The translations under genes and the position numbers were made by a program. This document shows positions 10,303 through 21,074 of a stretch of DNA of 64,000 nucleotides, piece after piece. The notes under the pieces were generated by a model. That model was not told where the DNA came from and made no database searches. It worked only from the letters and a program-made list of their open reading frames with translations. The stretch is taken from positions 1 to 64,000 of the forward strand of contig JBBTED010000067.1 of the NCBI GenBank assembly GCA_038042445.1, in the 5' to 3' direction. Numbering within the stretch: position 1 is the first letter of the stretch; every line of letters starts with the position of its first letter. The DNA comes from Candidatus Firestoneibacteriota bacterium (lineage in GTDB: Bacteria; Oederibacteriota; D2-FULL-39-29; JBBTED01).

Positions 10303-11526
10303 ATGATTAGAAAATATGAAGCATTGGCGATATTAGGATGTTTTGTTATTTTCGCAGGTGTATTGATTGGTTGTGGAGCTAAAGAAAAGAAAAATCTTAC
10401 AGGTTCTACAGCTAGCAGTATTACTACGACTGGTGGTGGCGGTGGTACAACTGGTGGTACAGCTACATCACAAACTACAAGTCAGGCTGCTGCGTCTGCT
10501 ACAAATACAGGTGTTGACAGTTTGACGAGTGTTAAAACTGCGTTATCACAGCTTAGTGGTTCAAGTCCGTGACAAGCTCCAAGATATGCTTTTGCACCTA
10601 TATTGAAAAATGGTGCACCATTTTTAGCTACAGCAGAGTGGGTAAAGCCAACAAAAGATGCAGATGGATACTATGTGTTACCTTCTTATACAGCTCCTGA
10701 TGGAACTGTGTTTCAACAGTTAGTTAAGCCAGATCCAGATTGGTGGGCAATGTGGGATAATGTTGATGCTACAAGTAAGCCAACTATGCCTTGGGATCTT
10801 TTAAATGAGAATGATGATTTTACATCAACATTTAGTATGAAAGGTAGTTTTGATGGTCCGGATGCAATTGGAGCAATGACAATGGTAAACAAAGAAATTA
10901 AAAAAGTAAAAGTGTATTCTTTTACTTTTACATATTCATATCCTAGCTGGAATGAAGAAACACAAAAGATGGTAATGGTAGAAACAACAAGTGTTTCTAC
11001 ATGGAAAGGTCTTGATTGGGACAACTTTACATCAAGTATAACTGGAAGCGGTAAAACAACGAATAAGAAAGATAGTTCATGGATGGAATTTACTATGACA
11101 GGCACAGGAACACATACAGGGGTTCCGGTAAAAGATGCAAATGGATTTCAAACAGGTGGTACATTTACAGAAAAGCAGACAGAAACAATGAATTTTACAA
11201 TGTCTTCCGGGTATTCCGGAAAATTTGATATGTCTGTTGAGGCTTCTGGTAGTTGGAATCAGGCTACTGGTGGTTCAGGTATAGGCAAAGGAACAATTAC
11301 AGGTTCTATCTATTATCAGGGGACCGAGATCTGCAGAATATATGCAACAGGTCAGGGTGAGAGCAAGGAAACTGCCACAGTTGAAGGATATTACACTTTA
11401 GCGGATGATGGCTTTGTAACTAAATATCCAATGGAAGAAGATGATATAAAGGCTATCATTATTGGACCAGGTGGTGGAAAAAGCAAAGCAAGTATAAAAA
11501 TGAGTGTGATTAAACCCCAAAATTAA
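10303..11526 (+). pseudogene. Lipoprotein reading frame interrupted by a single in-frame TGA (10570-10572)
   Basis: ORFs 10303..10572 and 10603..11526 share a frame and the intervening codons are open (QAPRYAFAPI). Lipobox LIGC and strong RBS before 10303; no RBS before 10603. Confidence 0.65.
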
Positions 11527-11546
11527 TTACATTGAATTAGAGTTTC

Positions 11547-11587
11547 AAAAGAGAGTAGGGTTAGGAATAACCTACTCTCTTTTTTTT
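11547..11587 (+). terminator. Intrinsic terminator (possibly bidirectional)
   Basis: aaaagagagtaggg-ttaggaataa-cctactctc followed by a T run, between convergent genes. Confidence 0.85.
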
Positions 11588-11677
11588 GTAATCATTAAGT
11601 CACTCTATTGTGTATAAGCCTGTTTTTGAATTTTAGTAATAGGTTACCTATTATAGTGAATTGTGTAAAATTTTCTT

Positions 11678-11732
11678 GTAGGGGCCTAATTTATCAAGCC
11701 CATGTATCAGGTTGGATAAATCCAATTCCTGC
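11678..11732. repeat. Degenerate GTAGGGG-type REP doublet
   Basis: gtaggggcctaatttatcaagccc...ggttggataaatccaattcctgc; related to gtaggggtggatttatccgacc at 32888. Confidence 0.55.
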
Positions 11733-11737
11733 AAAAT

Positions 11738-12745
11738 TCATTTTAGAACGTTTCCGATTTTCCTTGCCCTTATGGTTTTGTCAAGATTGACGCCTATTGT
11801 GATGCCTACTTCTACAAGTATATTCCAGCCAAGGCAAAGCTCAAGGTAATTCGTGAAATCTTCGTATTCGGGTATTTTTATCGTGGTGAATGAAGTACTG
11901 TCTGTTGAAATGGCAAAAATATCCAACCCCACTCCTTTTATTAAAACATCTTTAAACTTTTCCTCTTCGTGCTTAAACGGATCAATTATTATCATTGCAT
12001 CTTGGCTGTCCATAACTTCTTCAATCCCATGCACTGCGTATGTGCCTTCGAGGAAGTCGGATTTCTTTCTTGTAATTTCATTAGTTTTAAGGACTATTTC
12101 TTCAGTAACACCGTTATTCCTGCCTGCATAGTAAATCATTTTTGCTTTTGCAAGTCTGTCAATTATTTCCTTGGGTATTTTCATTTCCATAACTTCCGTA
12201 GCAAGCTCACCCAGTTTTTTTAAATTCGGCATTTTCATATTATTCGTTTTCCTGAATATAATATCATAGAATAATGCCTGTTCAACTACGGATTTTGTGG
12301 CAGCAACAGCATCCTCTTTACCGCATGACAGCAAATAACTGTAATTTGATTCTTCCATCACTGGCGTTTTGTCATTTGCAACAACTCCGATTATTGCTTT
12401 ATGCCCTTTTTTTTTCAATTTTCTGATAAGCATGATAACTTCTTTTGTTTTTCCTGAATTTGAAGCTGCAAAAACCGTGTTGTCCTTTAGATCATATTCC
12501 ATTGATTGCGTGGAATTTTCCGTTGAACATTCTTCCTTGTAATTGTGGATCTTAGACTTGTAAATCACGTTTTTTGCTGGGAAAATACGCGAAGACCCTT
12601 CCCCTGCAAAAAACGCTTTTTTTGTTTTTACATACTTCGCATAACTTGTAATTTTATCAATGTCCAGGTTCTTTATTATATCTCCTGTTTGAAGCATCTC
12701 TTTTACTAGGACAAAATTTTTATACTTACTGTCTTTTAGATTCAT
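11738..12745 (-). CDS. SIS-domain sugar isomerase-like protein
   Basis: GEGSSRIFP, SNSGKTKE, EDAVAATKS: tandem SIS layout like the GlmS C-terminal half, with no glutaminase domain. Confidence 0.8.
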   Translation of the reverse strand: MNLKDSKYKNFVLVKEMLQTGDIIKNLDIDKITSYAKYVKTKKAFFAGEGSSRIFPAKNVIYKSKIHNYKEECSTENSTQSMEYDLKDNTVFAASNSGKTKEVIMLIRKLKKKGHKAIIGVVANDKTPVMEESNYSYLLSCGKEDAVAATKSVVEQALFYDIIFRKTNNMKMPNLKKLGELATEVMEMKIPKEIIDRLAKAKMIYYAGRNNGVTEEIVLKTNEITRKKSDFLEGTYAVHGIEEVMDSQDAMIIIDPFKHEEEKFKDVLIKGVGLDIFAISTDSTSFTTIKIPEYEDFTNYLELCLGWNILVEVGITIGVNLDKTIRARKIGNVLK

Positions 12746-12759
12746 TTGATCCCCCTTAT

Positions 12760-13992
12760 TTATTTGTTTTTTGTGATTTTTTCTTTTTGTGCACTTTGTG
12801 GTTTTAATCTTTTTAAATCAATGTATTCGTTTATTTCGCCGATTATTGGCGCGGCATATTTAATAAATTCTTTTGTCACAAAATTTCCTTCTTTGTTTAT
12901 ATATTTGTCGTCCATAGGTTTTGCTTTCACAGCAACTTCTTTTAAAGGGACAGTTTCGTATTTAACCTTATAGGGGTTTGAGCTAACTCGTTTTATTGAA
13001 ACCATTACTCCTGTTTTTCCCTGAATGGCTAATTCAACGGCTTTTACTCCGCATTCATAAGCTTCTTTTAAATCAACTTTCGATGCCCGATCTATTGCGC
13101 ACATAGACAATGATTCGGTTATCTGAAACTCTCCCCTAAATCCTGTGTCGCTTGAAATGATCTTGTGCAAATTTATGGCAGCTGAAGTGCCGCCCATTGC
13201 GCCGAATTCAATATTGGAAAATTTGTCCTTTGTTAATGAAGCTGAAACTGGTGTGCCGTCTTCAAGAAGAATGCCTTCTCCACAAACAATTGAAACCCAT
13301 CCGTAATTTTTAATGCAGGTTTTTACATCAAAAAGAAATTTGTCTATATTTAATCTTCTTTCTGGTATGTAAATAAGATGCGGAGCATCCTGTTCTTCTT
13401 TTTTTGCCAAGGCTGATGCTGCAGGAAGCCAGCCGGATTCCCTGCCTATTGTTTGGAAGATTACGAATTTATCCACTCTTTGCATGTCGCGCGTAAGCCT
13501 GCCTGCCTGTTGTACTGACAATGCCACATACCTTGCAGCAGAAGGGTAACCCGGAGTATGGTCAGTTCCAAAAAGGTCATTATCAACGGTTTTAGGTAAT
13601 CCTATGCCTACAAATTCATAACCAGATTTTCTGCAATACTCTTCAACTCTGTGGATCGTATCCATAGTATCGTTTCCGCCTATAAGGAATAAATAACGGA
13701 TATTATGTTTTTTGATCTGGCGGAATATCTTTGGAAAATCTTCGTCTTTGACTTTGTGCCTGCAGGAACCTAATGCGGACGATGGTGTTTTTCTTAAATC
13801 CTTAATAATAGCAGGGCTTTCTTTCCCAAGGTCTATAATCTCATCATTCATAAAACCTTCTATGCCGTATTGCATTCCAAGGATTTTACCGAATTTATTG
13901 GATTTTAACGTAGTCTGAATAACTCCGCATAAAGTGGAGTTTATTACCGAAGTTGGCCCTCCTGATTGTCCTATAATTATATTTGATTTCAT
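12760..13992 (-). CDS. 6-phosphofructokinase family protein, probably PPi-dependent
   Basis: GQSGGPTSVIN, IGGNDTMDT (Asp at the phosphoryl-donor position, typical of PPi enzymes), PKTVDNDL. Confidence 0.88.
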   Translation of the reverse strand: MKSNIIIGQSGGPTSVINSTLCGVIQTTLKSNKFGKILGMQYGIEGFMNDEIIDLGKESPAIIKDLRKTPSSALGSCRHKVKDEDFPKIFRQIKKHNIRYLFLIGGNDTMDTIHRVEEYCRKSGYEFVGIGLPKTVDNDLFGTDHTPGYPSAARYVALSVQQAGRLTRDMQRVDKFVIFQTIGRESGWLPAASALAKKEEQDAPHLIYIPERRLNIDKFLFDVKTCIKNYGWVSIVCGEGILLEDGTPVSASLTKDKFSNIEFGAMGGTSAAINLHKIISSDTGFRGEFQITESLSMCAIDRASKVDLKEAYECGVKAVELAIQGKTGVMVSIKRVSSNPYKVKYETVPLKEVAVKAKPMDDKYINKEGNFVTKEFIKYAAPIIGEINEYIDLKRLKPQSAQKEKITKNK

Positions 13993-14111
13993 ATGCCTCC
14001 CTGTTTGCTTTATCTGTATAAGCTCTCTTATTTATTCGTTCTAATAAATATTATATAATTTCTATCATATAGTATCAATTAAAATTTTTTCCAGTCTATA
14101 GTTTTATTCAT

Positions 14112-14141
14112 TTGACAAATATATTGTTGTTTTAGTATAGT
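14112..14141 (+). promoter_or_regulatory. sigma70-type promoter of nusB
   Basis: TTGACA-N18-TATAGT, 7 nt before the GTG start. Confidence 0.55.
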
Positions 14142-14148
14142 AATTTTT

Positions 14149-14562
14149 GTGGGAGCCAGACGTAAAGCCAGAGAATTAGCATTGCAAATATTGTTTCAAA
14201 TAGATGTAGGTGAATTGTCATTAGAAGAGGTATATTCAAATTTTATTGAAACCCAGAAATTGCAAAATGAAGTTAAAATATTTGCATTAGAGCTTGCAGA
14301 AGGGACACTTAAAGACATTAAAAATATTGATAGTGTTATTGAGAAAAGAATGGATAATTGGCAAGTTTCCAGATTAGCTGCTGTTGATAGAAGTATTTTG
14401 CGTTTAGCAACTTATGAATTGCTTAATAGAAATGATATTCCAATAAGTGTTACAATAAATGAAGCTATAGAATTGGCAAAAGAATATTCTACGTCAGAAT
14501 CAGGAAAATTTGTAAATGGTATTTTGGATGGAATAAAAGAAGAGCACAAATTGTCTAAATGA
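14149..14562 (+). CDS. nusB: Transcription antitermination factor NusB
   Basis: RRKARELALQ, DRSILRLA, INEAIELAK, FVNGILD. Confidence 0.97.
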   Translation: MGARRKARELALQILFQIDVGELSLEEVYSNFIETQKLQNEVKIFALELAEGTLKDIKNIDSVIEKRMDNWQVSRLAAVDRSILRLATYELLNRNDIPISVTINEAIELAKEYSTSESGKFVNGILDGIKEEHKLSK

Positions 14563-14566
14563 GAAA

Positions 14567-15667
14567 GTGTATATGAAACTCAAGACTAAGGATTTAAGAC
14601 TAAAGACTCAAAAAGTAAAAATAAAAGGTTCTGTAGTAAGAAAAAAAACTACAAAAAGAGCAAATATGCAGAAAATGAGTAGAGAGCAAAAAATTTTGGT
14701 TCCTATTAAAAAGAGAATTACTAATGTAAGAATTAAAAAAATAAAAATTAAAAAACCCAATAAATCTAAAAATGAAATTAAAAGTTCTATATTAAACAAA
14801 GATATAAACGTAGAGAACAAAAATTTTTCTTCCTTACAAGGGGAAATTAATAATACTGTAGTTGTTCATCAGCATAAGCCATTAGAATTACCTAATGAAT
14901 ATAATGAGACAAGAATAATGATAATACCAAGAGATCCATATTGTATATTTGCATATTGGGAAATACCACAATGGAAAACAGATGAAGCAAAAAGGCAATT
15001 AGGAGAAGAGAGATATCAAAATTCAAAATATATATTACGAACATATGATGTTACAGATATAAATTTTACTGGAAGCAATGCACATAGGGTTTTTGATATT
15101 GTCCTTACAGGTTTAATAAATAACTGGTATATAGATGTTGGTATTGCTGATAGAAATTATTGTGTGGATATAGGAATACTTACTAAAGACGGATATTTTT
15201 ATTTGCTTGCACGTTCAAATGTAGTGCGTACACCAAGAGCAGGAATTTCAGATGTAGTTGATGAAGAATGGGCTCTATCTTTTGAAGAATTAGAAAAAAT
15301 CAGTGAGTTAGGTGATGAATTTAAGTCGAGTATTGGTTCTGAAATGTTGCTGAGAAAACTTGGCAAACAATTACAATTTGATATTTCATCTGGAGGTGTA
15401 AGTTCTATATATAGTTTTTCAGGTGTACAGGCTCAAAAACAAGATTTTTTTCTGGAAGTAAATACTGAGCTTATTTTATATGGTAAAACTATACCTGATG
15501 CTCAGGTTACAATACAAAGTAAAAAAATAAAACTTAATCCTGATGGTACTTTTAGTATGAGATTTATACTTCCTGATGGAGAACAATTTATTCCTGTTAA
15601 GGCAATTTCATTTGATAGAAAAGATGTCCGTGAAATTGTGCCAGTTGTAAAAAAGAAGACAAAATAA
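14567..15667 (+). CDS. DUF4912 domain protein
   Basis: LPNEYNETRIMIIPRDPY..FAYWEI and LARSNVVRTP motifs, C-terminal ELILYGKT..PDGTF; Lys-rich N-terminus; start uncertain. Confidence 0.75.
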   Translation: MYMKLKTKDLRLKTQKVKIKGSVVRKKTTKRANMQKMSREQKILVPIKKRITNVRIKKIKIKKPNKSKNEIKSSILNKDINVENKNFSSLQGEINNTVVVHQHKPLELPNEYNETRIMIIPRDPYCIFAYWEIPQWKTDEAKRQLGEERYQNSKYILRTYDVTDINFTGSNAHRVFDIVLTGLINNWYIDVGIADRNYCVDIGILTKDGYFYLLARSNVVRTPRAGISDVVDEEWALSFEELEKISELGDEFKSSIGSEMLLRKLGKQLQFDISSGGVSSIYSFSGVQAQKQDFFLEVNTELILYGKTIPDAQVTIQSKKIKLNPDGTFSMRFILPDGEQFIPVKAISFDRKDVREIVPVVKKKTK

Positions 15668-17250
15668 TGGAAAAAGGTTATCTTTCTTTGGTATTACACG
15701 CTCATTTGCCCTATGTTCGGCATCCTGAGTATGAGAGTTTTTTGGAAGAAGACTGGTTTTATGAAGCAATTATAGAGACATATATCCCATTTATCAATTT
15801 ATTTGATAAACTTGCTTTAGATGGTGTAGATTGGCGTCTTACAATGTCTATAACTCCACCTCTTGCTAATATGTTAATTGATCCATTATTGCAAGAGCGA
15901 ACAGTTAAACACATTGAAAGACTTATTGAGCTTGCTGAAAAGGAGGTAATAAGAACTCAGTGGCAAAGTGAATTTAATACTACTGCAAAAATGTATCTGG
16001 ATAAATTCAAGAATGCGCGTTATGTATTTGTGGAAACATACGGAAAGAATTTAATAAATGCTTTTAAAAAGCATCAGGATTCGGGAAAACTTGAGATAAT
16101 AACTTGTGCAGCAACTCATGGGTATTTGCCTTTAATGGAGGTAATACCGAATGCAGTAAGAGCTCAAATTAGTATTGCTGTTACTTCTTATACGAGATTA
16201 TTTGGAAGAAAACCACGTGGTATATGGTTGCCTGAATGTGCATATTATCCTGGTCTTGATGCAATTTTAAAAGAATTTGGTATAAAATTTTTTATACTGG
16301 ATACACATGGAATACTTTATGGATCACCGCGTCCTAAATATGGAATATTTGCTCCTGTTTATTGTCCTACAAAAGTTGCAGCTTTTGGACGTGATTTAGA
16401 ATCTTCCAAGCAAGTTTGGAGTTCCAAAGAAGGTTATCCTGGTGATTACTATTATAGAGATTTCTACAGAGATATAGGTTTTGACATGGATTATGAATAT
16501 ATCAAGCCATATATACATAAAGATGGAATAAGAGTATATACTGGGATTAAATATTATCGCATAACCGGGAATACAGATTATAAAGAGCCGTATAATCCTC
16601 ATATAGCTTTTGAAAAAGCTGCGAGTCATGCAGGTAATTTTCTATTTAATCGTGAAAAACAAGTAGAATATTTAGCAGGTATAATGGATAGAAAACCAAT
16701 GATACTTGCTCCTTATGATGCAGAGTTGTTTGGGCATTGGTGGTATGAAGGACCTGAATGGTTGAATTTTTTAATAAGAAAAATTTACTATGACCAGAAG
16801 ACTATAAAATTAATAACACCTTATGAATATTTACAGATGTATCCTAAAAATCAGATTTCTATGCCTTCTGCATCAAGTTGGGGATGGAAAGGGTATCATG
16901 AAGTCTGGCTTAATGGAGCTAATGATTGGGTGTATAGGCATTTGCATAAAACTGCCCAGCGTATGGTGGAATTGGCAAATAGCTATAGAAATACATCGGG
17001 TGTATTACATAGGGCATTAAATCAAGCGGCAAGGGAATTATTATTAGCACAATCTTCGGACTGGGCATTTTTAATGAAAACCGGGACCGCATCTGAATAT
17101 GCTACAAAGAGAACTATTGAACATATTGCACGATTTGTCCGATTGTATGAAAATATAAAAAATAATTCAATTGACGAAAGGTGGCTTTCTGATATTGAAT
17201 ATAAAGACAATATTTTTCCTGAAATAAGTTATGAAGTATATAGGGGATAA
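15667..17250 (+). CDS. GH57 1,4-alpha-glucan branching enzyme (with DUF1957)
   Basis: HAHLPYV, WLPECAY (nucleophile Glu), PYDAELFGHWW (acid/base Asp), LAQSSDWAF. Confidence 0.95.
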   Translation: MEKGYLSLVLHAHLPYVRHPEYESFLEEDWFYEAIIETYIPFINLFDKLALDGVDWRLTMSITPPLANMLIDPLLQERTVKHIERLIELAEKEVIRTQWQSEFNTTAKMYLDKFKNARYVFVETYGKNLINAFKKHQDSGKLEIITCAATHGYLPLMEVIPNAVRAQISIAVTSYTRLFGRKPRGIWLPECAYYPGLDAILKEFGIKFFILDTHGILYGSPRPKYGIFAPVYCPTKVAAFGRDLESSKQVWSSKEGYPGDYYYRDFYRDIGFDMDYEYIKPYIHKDGIRVYTGIKYYRITGNTDYKEPYNPHIAFEKAASHAGNFLFNREKQVEYLAGIMDRKPMILAPYDAELFGHWWYEGPEWLNFLIRKIYYDQKTIKLITPYEYLQMYPKNQISMPSASSWGWKGYHEVWLNGANDWVYRHLHKTAQRMVELANSYRNTSGVLHRALNQAARELLLAQSSDWAFLMKTGTASEYATKRTIEHIARFVRLYENIKNNSIDERWLSDIEYKDNIFPEISYEVYRG

Positions 17251-17268
17251 AACAAAGTGACGCGAAGC

Positions 17269-17293
17269 GTCATCCTGAGCGAAGCGAAGGATC
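17269..17293. repeat. GTCATCCTGAG-type REP half
   Basis: gtcatcctgagcgaagcgaaggatc. Confidence 0.75.
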
Positions 17294-17313
17294 ACAAAAA
17301 TAAAGGTGGAAAA

Positions 17314-18249
17314 ATGTATATAGTGTCCATTGTTATATGTTTGTTAGTAACGAATATTAATTTAGTAAATGCATCTCCTGTAATTACTGATACAGGTGGA
17401 ATAGTTGCTGGTAATGGTATTGAAATAAGTGCACATAGTTTTTATACAGAGTATAAAAAGAAACATAGTTTGGATGGTAGTTCAGACAATCTTTCTGCAA
17501 ATGAGTCACGGATAGCAACCGATGTTCCTGTATCTTTAAAATTCCTGTTATATGAAAATACAGAAATGGATTTTAAATGGACTTACTTAATGTTAAAACA
17601 TACAAAAAGTGATGGAACGCAATTAACTGCAAATGCATTTGGTGATTTAACTGTATGGGCAAAGTCGCAGTTTGTTTCAAATCCTTCGCCACTTGCAAAT
17701 ATGTCTTTAGGTGTTGGAGTAAAAGTTCCTACAGGAAAAAGTATATTTAATGTAGGCCCGAATGAGCTTTCTGTGGGTTCCGGGACATGGGATCTTCTGT
17801 TTGGATGGTTTTCTACAGAAGCACATGGTCCAATTATGCTTCATGGTAATATAAAATATGCAATTCGTTTTAATCTAAATGCAAATAAAATAAACAATGT
17901 TTCATTAGACGAAATAAAAGTTGTTCCCGGAAATATTCTTTTCTACGATTTTGCTGCAGAATTACCATTTTCAAGTAAAATTGTGTTACTTGCAGAAGTA
18001 AATGGAAGAATTATTTATTCTGGGTCTGCAAGTTATACTGGCCATGATGGAGATGCTACCTCTAATGTGGATACAATGGCACAACCGCAGTATTATCTTC
18101 AACGCAGCCATACTGTATTCTTGACTACTGGTGTTGAATATACATTTTCAGGATTTATAAACATAAACGTTGGCACACAAGTACCAATTTATGTATCTTC
18201 TGAGTATTCGGGTGTTACTTATTTCGCTGGTATAAAACTTAGAATATGA
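17314..18249 (+). CDS. Outer-membrane beta-barrel transporter (same family as 9309..10244)
   Basis: Signal peptide after RBS (ATG 17314); FGDLTVWAK, VKVPTGK, GSGTWD motifs. Confidence 0.6.
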   Translation: MYIVSIVICLLVTNINLVNASPVITDTGGIVAGNGIEISAHSFYTEYKKKHSLDGSSDNLSANESRIATDVPVSLKFLLYENTEMDFKWTYLMLKHTKSDGTQLTANAFGDLTVWAKSQFVSNPSPLANMSLGVGVKVPTGKSIFNVGPNELSVGSGTWDLLFGWFSTEAHGPIMLHGNIKYAIRFNLNANKINNVSLDEIKVVPGNILFYDFAAELPFSSKIVLLAEVNGRIIYSGSASYTGHDGDATSNVDTMAQPQYYLQRSHTVFLTTGVEYTFSGFININVGTQVPIYVSSEYSGVTYFAGIKLRI

Positions 18250-18471
18250 AGCTTGTTAGGTTTCGTGAGTGAAAAAAACTGTTAAAAAGCTTGACAAAAA
18301 TATAATATTTAATATAATCTTAAATTATAAAAGCCTGTCAGTATTTGAAGTCAATCTGAGGATATTTTTCAGTTATCCAATTTAAATGATATGTAAGGGT
18401 AGCAAAATTATCTTTTTTAATTAGGGGAGATTTCTAATTATTAATTAATTTTATGTGAGGTGATTTATAGA

Positions 18472-19737
18472 ATGGCAAATTTAAATGTAGAAGAGTTAAA
18501 AAAGAAGAAAATGACAGAGTTAGCACAGATGGCAAAGAGCTTGAATTTAGATGATATAAACGGATTGAAGAAACAAGAACTTATATTTAAAATACTCCAA
18601 ACCCAAAGCCAGGCAGATCGTGATGGATTGGTTTTTGTTGAAGGAGTATTAGAAGTTTTGCCAGATGGGTTTGGATTTTTAAGGTCTCCAAACTATAATT
18701 ATCTTCCAGGCCCTGATGATATTTATATATCTCCTTCTCAGATAAAAAAGTTTTTTTTGAGAACAGGTGATTTTATTCAGGGTCAGGCAAGGCCTCCTAA
18801 AGAGCAAGAAAGATATTTTGCACTTTTAAGGATAGAAGCTGTTAATCGTGAAAATCCTGAGTTGACACGTGGTAAAATACTGTTCGATAATTTAATACCA
18901 CTTTATCCATCTAAAAAGATTAACCTTGAACGTGATTACAAGGATATTTCTACACGAATTATTGATTTGTTTGTGCCTATAGGAAAAGGTCAACGTGGAT
19001 TAATAGTTTCACCGCCGCGAGCAGGTAAAACAATATTGCTTCAGAAAATTGCAAATAGCATTACTGTAAATCATCCGGAAATAGTTCCGATTATACTGCT
19101 TATTGATGAAAGGCCAGAGGAAGTTACAGATATGGAACGTTCTGTAAAAGCAGAAGTTATAAGTTCTACTTTTGATGAGCCACCAGATAGGCATGTACAG
19201 GTTGCAGAAGTTGTTTTGGAAAAGGCAAAAAGATTGGTTGAATCTAAAAAAGATGTTGTAATTTTATTGGATAGTTTAACCAGATTAGCTAGAGCACATA
19301 ATTCTATAATTCCTCCAAGTGGAAAAGTTCTTTCAGGCGGAGTTGATTCTAATGCTTTACAAAGACCAAAGAGATTTTTTGGTGCAGCTAGAGATACAGA
19401 AGAAGGAGGGAGTTTAACCATAATTGCTACTGCTTTAATTGATACAGGTAGTAGAATGGATGATGTAATATTTGAAGAATTTAAAGGGACAGGAAATTTA
19501 GAAATGGTGTTGGACAGGGATATGGTTCACAGAAGAATTTTTCCTGCTATAGATATTAACAAGTCAGGTACACGCAAAGAAGAACTTTTACTTAGCGAGG
19601 AAGAATTGCAAAAAATATGGATATTGCGTAAACTATGGAATACAATGAGTCAGATAGAAGCTATGGAACTTCTTATTGATAGAATGAAAAAAACCAAAAC
19701 CAATAAGGAATTTCTTGCTTCAATGAATCAATTGTAA
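18472..19737 (+). CDS. rho: Transcription termination factor Rho
   Basis: [42 protein letters not shown] before ATG 18472. Confidence 0.98.
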   Translation: MANLNVEELKKKKMTELAQMAKSLNLDDINGLKKQELIFKILQTQSQADRDGLVFVEGVLEVLPDGFGFLRSPNYNYLPGPDDIYISPSQIKKFFLRTGDFIQGQARPPKEQERYFALLRIEAVNRENPELTRGKILFDNLIPLYPSKKINLERDYKDISTRIIDLFVPIGKGQRGLIVSPPRAGKTILLQKIANSITVNHPEIVPIILLIDERPEEVTDMERSVKAEVISSTFDEPPDRHVQVAEVVLEKAKRLVESKKDVVILLDSLTRLARAHNSIIPPSGKVLSGGVDSNALQRPKRFFGAARDTEEGGSLTIIATALIDTGSRMDDVIFEEFKGTGNLEMVLDRDMVHRRIFPAIDINKSGTRKEELLLSEEELQKIWILRKLWNTMSQIEAMELLIDRMKKTKTNKEFLASMNQL

Positions 19738-19754
19738 AAGTGAGGTGAAAAAAA

Positions 19755-19958
19755 ATGAGACCTAAAATACATCCTAAATATCAGGAAACAACTATTACCT
19801 GTGTGTGTGGTGAAGTTATAAATGTACGATCCACTAAGCAAAATTTACGTGTTGAAATATGCTCAAAATGTCATCCGTTTTTTACAGGTAAGCAAAGATT
19901 TGTTGATACAGCAGGAAGAGTAGAGAAATTTAAACGAAGATATGAACAAAAGTCTTGA
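19755..19958 (+). CDS. rpmE: 50S ribosomal protein L31 (Zn-binding form)
   Basis: IHPKY, CVCG...[18 protein letters not shown]. Confidence 0.97.
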   Translation: MRPKIHPKYQETTITCVCGEVINVRSTKQNLRVEICSKCHPFFTGKQRFVDTAGRVEKFKRRYEQKS

Positions 19959-21012
19959 AGATAGACTCGTACAAATAGAGTCAGAGTGTAAAGATTTGGA
20001 AAAGAGACTTTCTGATTCCGCATTATTTTCTGCAAAAGAGGAATTTCAAAAATGCACAAAGCAATATTCCATTCTTATTCCAATACAGAGAAAGTTCAAT
20101 GCTTATAAAAAGGTAAAAAATGACATTGAAGTTGTAACGCCATTGCTTTTGGATAGCGATCAGTCTATTCAGGAACTCGCAAAAGCTGAACTGGAAATAT
20201 TTGAGAACAGGAAGCGTGAGTTTGAGGAAGAATTGTATAAGGCAGTGTTTCCTGAAGAAAAAAACTCGGACAAAAACATAATTATAGAAATTAGGGCTGG
20301 TACTGGTGGCACAGAAGCTTCGATTTTTGCTGCAGATTTATTTAGAATGTATACAAAATATGCAGAGTCAAAAAATTTAAAAATAGAAGTTATGGATTCT
20401 CATCCTTCTACTCTTGGTGGGTATAAGGATATTATTTTTTCTATAATAGGTAAGACTGCAGCTGGGTTGTTTAAATATGAGTCAGGAGTGCATAGAGTAC
20501 AAAGAGTTCCTGTAACTGAAGCAAGCGGCAGAATACATACTTCAACTGCTACAGTTGTAGTATTGCCTGAACCAGAAGAAGTAGAATTGGTTATAAATGC
20601 AGAAGATTTGAGAGTTGATACTTTTTGTTCTTCAGGACCTGGTGGACAAAGTGTAAATACTACTTATTCAGCAATTAGAATTACACATATTCCAACTGGC
20701 GTGGTTGTTCAGTGTCAGGAAGAAAGATCGCAGATAAAAAACAGGGCAAAAGCAATGCGTGTTTTGCGTGCTAGATTAGTAAAGAAAAATCAGGAAGACC
20801 AACAAAAAGAAATGTCGGCAGAGCGTAAAATTCAGATTGGTACAGGTGATAGGAGCGAAAAAGTCAGAACATATAATTTTCCTCAAAACAGAATTACTGA
20901 TCATCGTGCAGGTTTGTCTTTATATAATCTTGAAGTGATAGTTAATGGTGAGCTTGACGAATTAATACAGGGATTAATAGCTGCAGAAAATAAGGAATCA
21001 GTTTCAAATTAA
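19942..21012 (+). CDS. prfA: Peptide chain release factor 1
   Basis: PVT anticodon motif (VQRVPVTE), GGQ, RTYNFPQ. Confidence 0.97.
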   Translation: MNKSLEDRLVQIESECKDLEKRLSDSALFSAKEEFQKCTKQYSILIPIQRKFNAYKKVKNDIEVVTPLLLDSDQSIQELAKAELEIFENRKREFEEELYKAVFPEEKNSDKNIIIEIRAGTGGTEASIFAADLFRMYTKYAESKNLKIEVMDSHPSTLGGYKDIIFSIIGKTAAGLFKYESGVHRVQRVPVTEASGRIHTSTATVVVLPEPEEVELVINAEDLRVDTFCSSGPGGQSVNTTYSAIRITHIPTGVVVQCQEERSQIKNRAKAMRVLRARLVKKNQEDQQKEMSAERKIQIGTGDRSEKVRTYNFPQNRITDHRAGLSLYNLEVIVNGELDELIQGLIAAENKESVSN

Positions 21013-21015
21013 AAT

Positions 21016-21057
21016 GTCATTCCCGCATGTATTAATAGGTCAGGCATCTTGCCTGAC
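21016..21057. repeat. Composite REP: partial GTCATTCCCG plus TAGGTCAGGCATCTTGCCTGAC
   Basis: The second unit recurs at 44681-44702 and twice within 47778-47858. Confidence 0.75.
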
Positions 21058-21074
21058 AAACAACTATAAAATCA

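Noticed and set aside
14573..14612. Short AAGACT(A/C)A heptamer-like repeats at the DUF4912 start
   Set aside because: Few, degenerate copies; no function supportable, and they only blur the start codon.
17257..17313. REP-encoded N-terminal extension (SVILSEAKD) of the barrel protein
   Set aside because: An RBS and ATG at 17314 directly precede the signal peptide, so this REP is intergenic.
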